Assembly (NCBI GenBank): GCA_964352335.1
Contig: CAYGRO010000003.1
Location: 24,798 to 88,797 of the forward strand
Source: an uncultured Gammaproteobacteria bacterium
GTDB lineage: Bacteria; Patescibacteriota; Patescibacteriia; VMEV01; CAYQCH01
Length of the DNA: 64,000 nucleotides
Direction of reading: 5' to 3'
Below the pieces are notes generated by a model. It was not told the DNA's origin. It made no database searches and saw only the letters and a program-made list of their open reading frames with translations. How positions within the stretch are numbered: the stretch's first letter is position 1; each line of letters begins with the position of its first letter. The position numbers and the translations under genes were made by a program. Of this stretch, positions 60,210 through 64,000 are shown piece by piece.

Positions 60210-61988
60210 CTACTCCATCACACTTCCACCAAAGGCTTCTGCTAATTGAGAAAACTCGTTTAATAAGGCTTCTTTTTCTTCTTGTTTAGGCTCTTCTACA
60301 TCTCCGCCACTTACATAATCCATATTTTCATCAATCGCTAGCTCAAATTGCATTCTTTTTCCTGGTAACATCCTTGCTCCATGCTCAATAAGGATGTTTT
60401 TTGAACGAGCAACATGGTCATAATGCATTTGAAAACGAAAGGCTAATAATGCACCACCGCTTTCACTCTGACGCAATTCCCCTGTTCTCATGACAATAAA
60501 AAGAGAGTGAGAAGCGTCAGACAATTTATTCATGAATTCTCGCCAAACTCCTTCAATTTCTTCAAATGTCGCCAAAGGAGCATTCGGATCAACTTCAACA
60601 GATTCTAAAACAATATCCGCTGTTTCTTTCGTGCCCCCTCTGTCACTAGTCGCTTCGCTCCGCGTGACATCTCCCCCGACCTTACGTCCGGAGAGAGAAT
60701 TTTGATTGATTCCAGTTTGTTTCTGATTTTGTAATTCTGTAGCTTTGACGTTTTGCAAGTTTGCAGGTTTATTTTTTTGTTCATTTGTATTTTCAACTGG
60801 TGCTTTTGGGAGTGGTGCCGGTTTAGTCATTAGTGGTGGTGGTGGCGGTGACGAAGCAACAGGTGGTACAGAATTGGGAGCAGATTGTATTTGAGGTTGT
60901 TTACTCAATTCAACAATAGCTAATTCCAAGGGCAATTTCCCTTCATTGAAGTTTTTTAATTGCTCTCTTCGCTTCATTAAAATATCAATAGACCACAATA
61001 ATTTTTCGGCAGAATACCTCTGTGCAATAGCTTTAATTTGTTCTAATTGATCATTACCCACAATTCCATCAAAAATATCAGGGTGACTCCCAATAATCAT
61101 GAGCATCATTTCGTGGGCAAATTCAATTAATTCAGTGCAATAATGTTGAAAACGAATTCCTTGTTTCCCTAATTCATCTAAAAGCAACATCCCTTCTGAC
61201 ATCTTTGCTTGTGAAACCAAATCAAAAAAACGAATAACATGCTCCATATTCGTCACTGGTAAAACCAATGAAGCAGATTCTGGAGTGATATCACCAGGGA
61301 TGCTTAATACTTGCCCCAATAAAGACATCGCATCTCGAATATGCCCTGTGCTTTTTTTCACAATTGTCGCAATAACAGCTTCATCAACTTTTCTTTCTTC
61401 TTTTTTAACCAATTCTGTTAAATACTCTTTTAATAAAGCAGATTCAACTGGATGAAAATCAAAACGCTGACATCGAGAAATAATTGTTTCAGGAATCTTA
61501 TGAATTTCTGTGGTTGCCAAAATAAATAAAACACGTTCCGGCGGTTCTTCGATTGTTTTTAAAAGCGCATTAAAAGAATGCGTCGATAACATATGTACTT
61601 CATCGATAATAAACACTTTATACTCATCTCCCTTAACAGCTACACGAGCATTCGCAATAATATTATCTCGAATATTTTCTACACCAGTTTGTGAAGCAGC
61701 ATCAACTTCAATCAAATTTAATGATTTCCCTGCGGTAATATTTTTACAAGAATCACAAGTATTACAAGGTTCACCTTCTGTTGATTTTCTTGTTGAACAA
61801 TTTAAGGCTTTTGCTAAAACACGAGCAGAGGTTGTTTTTCCAATCCCTCGAGGACCGTAAAATAAAAAAGCATGGGGTAATTTCCCCGTAATTAATTCTT
61901 GTTGAATCGTGCTTTTTACATGCTCTTGATTCACTATTTCCGCAAAGGTTTGCGGTCGATATTTACGATAAAGGGTCACAGAAGCCAT
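60210..61988 (-). CDS. dnaX: DNA polymerase III subunit gamma/tau
   Basis: LYRKYRPQTF, GPRGIGKTT, EPCNTCDSC, IIDEVHMLS, SRCQRF; promoter TTGAAA-17-TATACT at about 62015-62043. Confidence 0.96.
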   Translation of the reverse strand: MASVTLYRKYRPQTFAEIVNQEHVKSTIQQELITGKLPHAFLFYGPRGIGKTTSARVLAKALNCSTRKSTEGEPCNTCDSCKNITAGKSLNLIEVDAASQTGVENIRDNIIANARVAVKGDEYKVFIIDEVHMLSTHSFNALLKTIEEPPERVLFILATTEIHKIPETIISRCQRFDFHPVESALLKEYLTELVKKEERKVDEAVIATIVKKSTGHIRDAMSLLGQVLSIPGDITPESASLVLPVTNMEHVIRFFDLVSQAKMSEGMLLLDELGKQGIRFQHYCTELIEFAHEMMLMIIGSHPDIFDGIVGNDQLEQIKAIAQRYSAEKLLWSIDILMKRREQLKNFNEGKLPLELAIVELSKQPQIQSAPNSVPPVASSPPPPPLMTKPAPLPKAPVENTNEQKNKPANLQNVKATELQNQKQTGINQNSLSGRKVGGDVTRSEATSDRGGTKETADIVLESVEVDPNAPLATFEEIEGVWREFMNKLSDASHSLFIVMRTGELRQSESGGALLAFRFQMHYDHVARSKNILIEHGARMLPGKRMQFELAIDENMDYVSGGDVEEPKQEEKEALLNEFSQLAEAFGGSVME

Positions 61989-62051
61989 GTTTTTGGGGTA
62001 AATTTAGTAGTATGAGTATACTTTATTTAAACGTGGGTTTCAAGGGTAGTG

Positions 62052-62180
62052 AACCCCTGCCTGCCGGCAGGCAGGCTCCCTCTCTTTCCTAGGGAGAGAA
62101 AAATGAAACTGTAACAAAAAACCTCCCTAGGAAAGGGAGGAAATGCGTAATACCCGAAGGGTATAAGCGAAGGTGGTTTC
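62052..62180. repeat. REP-like element containing perfect palindrome CCTGCCTGCCGGCAGGCAGG
   Basis: ctctctttcctagggagag and cctccctaggaaagggagg hairpins plus nested palindromes. Confidence 0.7.
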
Positions 62181-62185
62181 ATGTA

Positions 62186-62755
62186 CTAAATCTCTTCAAA
62201 AGGGTCATTCCCATCGGCAGAGCCAATAATATTGTCGACAGCAGCCCAAGCGCTTTGACCACCGGGAGGAGTTAAAATAATAACTTCATCCCCTGCTTTT
62301 CCATGATAATAGGTTACAGAAGCTAATAAAACTTTATATAATTTTTTATCTACCAATACTCGAAATTCTCCTGTTTCTTTATCTTTGACTAAACTTCCAC
62401 GTAAACGATCTCGATCAATTGGTTTGATTTGTTTATAAATAAAAGCTCCATCATTTGCAATGGTAAGCTTAAGCAAATCACCTTCTACTAATTTAGACTT
62501 AGAAGCATAATTTGCAGGAATAGAATACTTTTTTCCATCTGGCCCAATCATTTGGTAACCATCAAAAACACCTTCGATAATACTTCCTTCATCACCAGTA
62601 CTTTCATCTGGAGTCATTTGGAACCGATCCATATCTTCATCCGTCATTTCCATTTTTCCATTTTCCATATCACGAACCATAGCCTCGACATTGGCGAGAC
62701 TTTGTTTCATTTGATCTAAAATTTTATGGACTGCTTTTAGTTTTGCATCCTCCAT
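62186..62755 (-). CDS. Conserved CPR-type hypothetical protein
   Basis: IIEGVFDG..M.GPDGK.Y..PANYASKSKLVEGD.LKLTI...G.F.YKQI motif, recognised from CPR genomes; start at MEDAK. Confidence 0.75.
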   Translation of the reverse strand: MEDAKLKAVHKILDQMKQSLANVEAMVRDMENGKMEMTDEDMDRFQMTPDESTGDEGSIIEGVFDGYQMIGPDGKKYSIPANYASKSKLVEGDLLKLTIANDGAFIYKQIKPIDRDRLRGSLVKDKETGEFRVLVDKKLYKVLLASVTYYHGKAGDEVIILTPPGGQSAWAAVDNIIGSADGNDPFEEI

Positions 62756-62900
62756 AGTTTTTGTTTTGCGTTTTGTTTTATTTTTGCGCAACTTTTTACT
62801 TCTATCTACACTAAATTGTAACAATGTTTGTCAAATTGTGGAAGTGGATAACGGAAAAACAATTGACAGTTGACCTTTGACTACTGACAACACCGCATCT

Positions 62901-62951
62901 TGTCATTCCCGCCCCGCATCAAGTGCGGGATAAACTCCGGCGGGAATCTAG
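62901..62951. repeat. GTCATTCCCGC...GCGGGAATC REP-like palindrome with nested insert
   Basis: tgtcattcccgc[cccgcatcaagtgcgggataaact]ccggcgggaatctag. Confidence 0.75.
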
Positions 62952-62971
62952 AGGATAGATAAGAAATTATT

Positions 62972-63214
62972 TTATAATCCTGAACAAACCTTTGTATTCT
63001 TCATACCAGAAGTAGTCGGTACTCCCCAAATCGTAAGTCCTTTCAAAGCAAGTTCGTGATGAGACAAACAAAGCTGTTGATTTTTTTCTGTCAAAGGGAA
63101 AAAGTGATAATAGATGCCCCAAGTAATAGGAGGAGTTAACCAAAATAAACAACAACAAACAAATAATGCTATTGGGACACAAATTATGATAAAGATACTT
63201 TTTATCAGTTTCAT
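62972..63214 (-). CDS. 80-aa hypothetical membrane/secreted protein
   Basis: Hydrophobic N-terminus; flanked by two different repeat elements. Confidence 0.5.
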   Translation of the reverse strand: MKLIKSIFIIICVPIALFVCCCLFWLTPPITWGIYYHFFPLTEKNQQLCLSHHELALKGLTIWGVPTTSGMKNTKVCSGL

Positions 63215-63230
63215 ACAGGTTTTCTTTCAC

Positions 63231-63277
63231 CTCTCCTCCCTGCCAAGGGGGAGATGCCCGATAGGACAGAGGGGGTA
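63231..63277. repeat. REP-like half element related to the dnaX insertion
   Basis: ctctcctccc...gggggagatg...gacagagggggta. Confidence 0.7.
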
Positions 63278-63279
63278 TT

Positions 63280-64000
63280 CTACAAATCATCAAAAGGACT
63301 TCTAGCTTTTGGTTTCGCTAATTTTACTTTTACCCGATCTCGAATTTCATTTTCTACTTCCATACGAGGCTTACCGTATTTAAGTCGTGATAATTCTGCA
63401 ATGGCTTGTTGAATTTCTAAATTATGCCCCTCATCTAATGGCAATCCTTTCATGCTAAATGGTTTAAGCGTTTGGTTTTGTACCAACAGTTTAACGTAAC
63501 TTGTATATTGCTCCACGTTTAAGACATCATATTCATTAAAGACAGGGGCAAATTCTTTGGCGAATGTTTCGGCATCTTCTACACCAATTTTAAACGCACA
63601 AATAGTACCAACGTTTCCAAAGACAGCATCTTTGATTTCTGAATCTCCATTTTCTACTAATTGCCCAACATATTGATGCGCAATAACTAAATTGAGTAAA
63701 TACTTACGAGCTTCAGATAAAATAATGGCAATAGAATCTGTTGTGAAGTTTTGGAATTCATCGATATATAAATAAAAATCTTTTCTATCCGCTTTTGGCT
63801 GGTCGGTTCTACTTAAAGCAGACATCAAGATCTTCCCTACAATAACCATCCCTAAAAGATGGGCATTTAATTCCCCAATTTTTCCTTTTGATAATTTAAC
63901 CAAAAGGATTTTTTGTGAGTCCATTAATTCTCTAAAGTTAAACGCACTTTTTTGCTGACCAATAATTGGTCGCATAACGTCATTGGCAACGAATTGATTT
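63280..64000 (-). CDS. T4SS coupling protein/VirB4-HerA-like ATPase (C-terminal part; start off window)
   Basis: KILLVKLSKG.IG, LYIDEFQNF (Walker B), LSEARKY, AHQY..Q, VFGNVGT. Confidence 0.85.
   Translation of the reverse strand, partial: NQFVANDVMRPIIGQQKSAFNFRELMDSQKILLVKLSKGKIGELNAHLLGMVIVGKILMSALSRTDQPKADRKDFYLYIDEFQNFTTDSIAIILSEARKYLLNLVIAHQYVGQLVENGDSEIKDAVFGNVGTICAFKIGVEDAETFAKEFAPVFNEYDVLNVEQYTSYVKLLVQNQTLKPFSMKGLPLDEGHNLEIQQAIAELSRLKYGKPRMEVENEIRDRVKVKLAKPKARSPFDDL

Noticed and set aside
63280-64000. Conjugative element
   Set aside because: Only a partial ATPase of a type common on CPR chromosomes; no relaxase or other tra genes visible.

Overview
AT-rich chromosomal segment, most likely from a Patescibacteria (CPR) genome, probably ABY1 (inferred from CPR-typical protein families, mostly SD-less native genes and TGA used as stop). 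Housekeeping genes: murA (partial), rmlA/rmlB, eno, hisS, gap, tsf, rpsB, secA, a pgeF-murD-ftsW-murG/murC fusion-murB cluster, mutY, sufBCDSU, tRNA-Gln, dnaX and a partial T4SS-type ATPase. Main points of interest: (1) several solitary high-GC genes, mostly with their own sigma70 promoter, strong Shine-Dalgarno site and 3' hairpin, unlike the native genes; (2) several families of 20-130 bp palindromic elements that nest in each other, interrupt a duplicated tRNA half and sit in-frame in dnaX and probably dinB; (3) an SOS cassette (lexA, ~270-nt structured element, 82-aa protein, Y-family polymerase) with a GTTC-N7-GTTC box inside the lexA promoter; (4) three tandem LamG surface proteins of nearly identical length with divergent head domains; (5) a Cys-to-Asp MurA. 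All calls are by eye from motifs; no database searches or folding programs were run.
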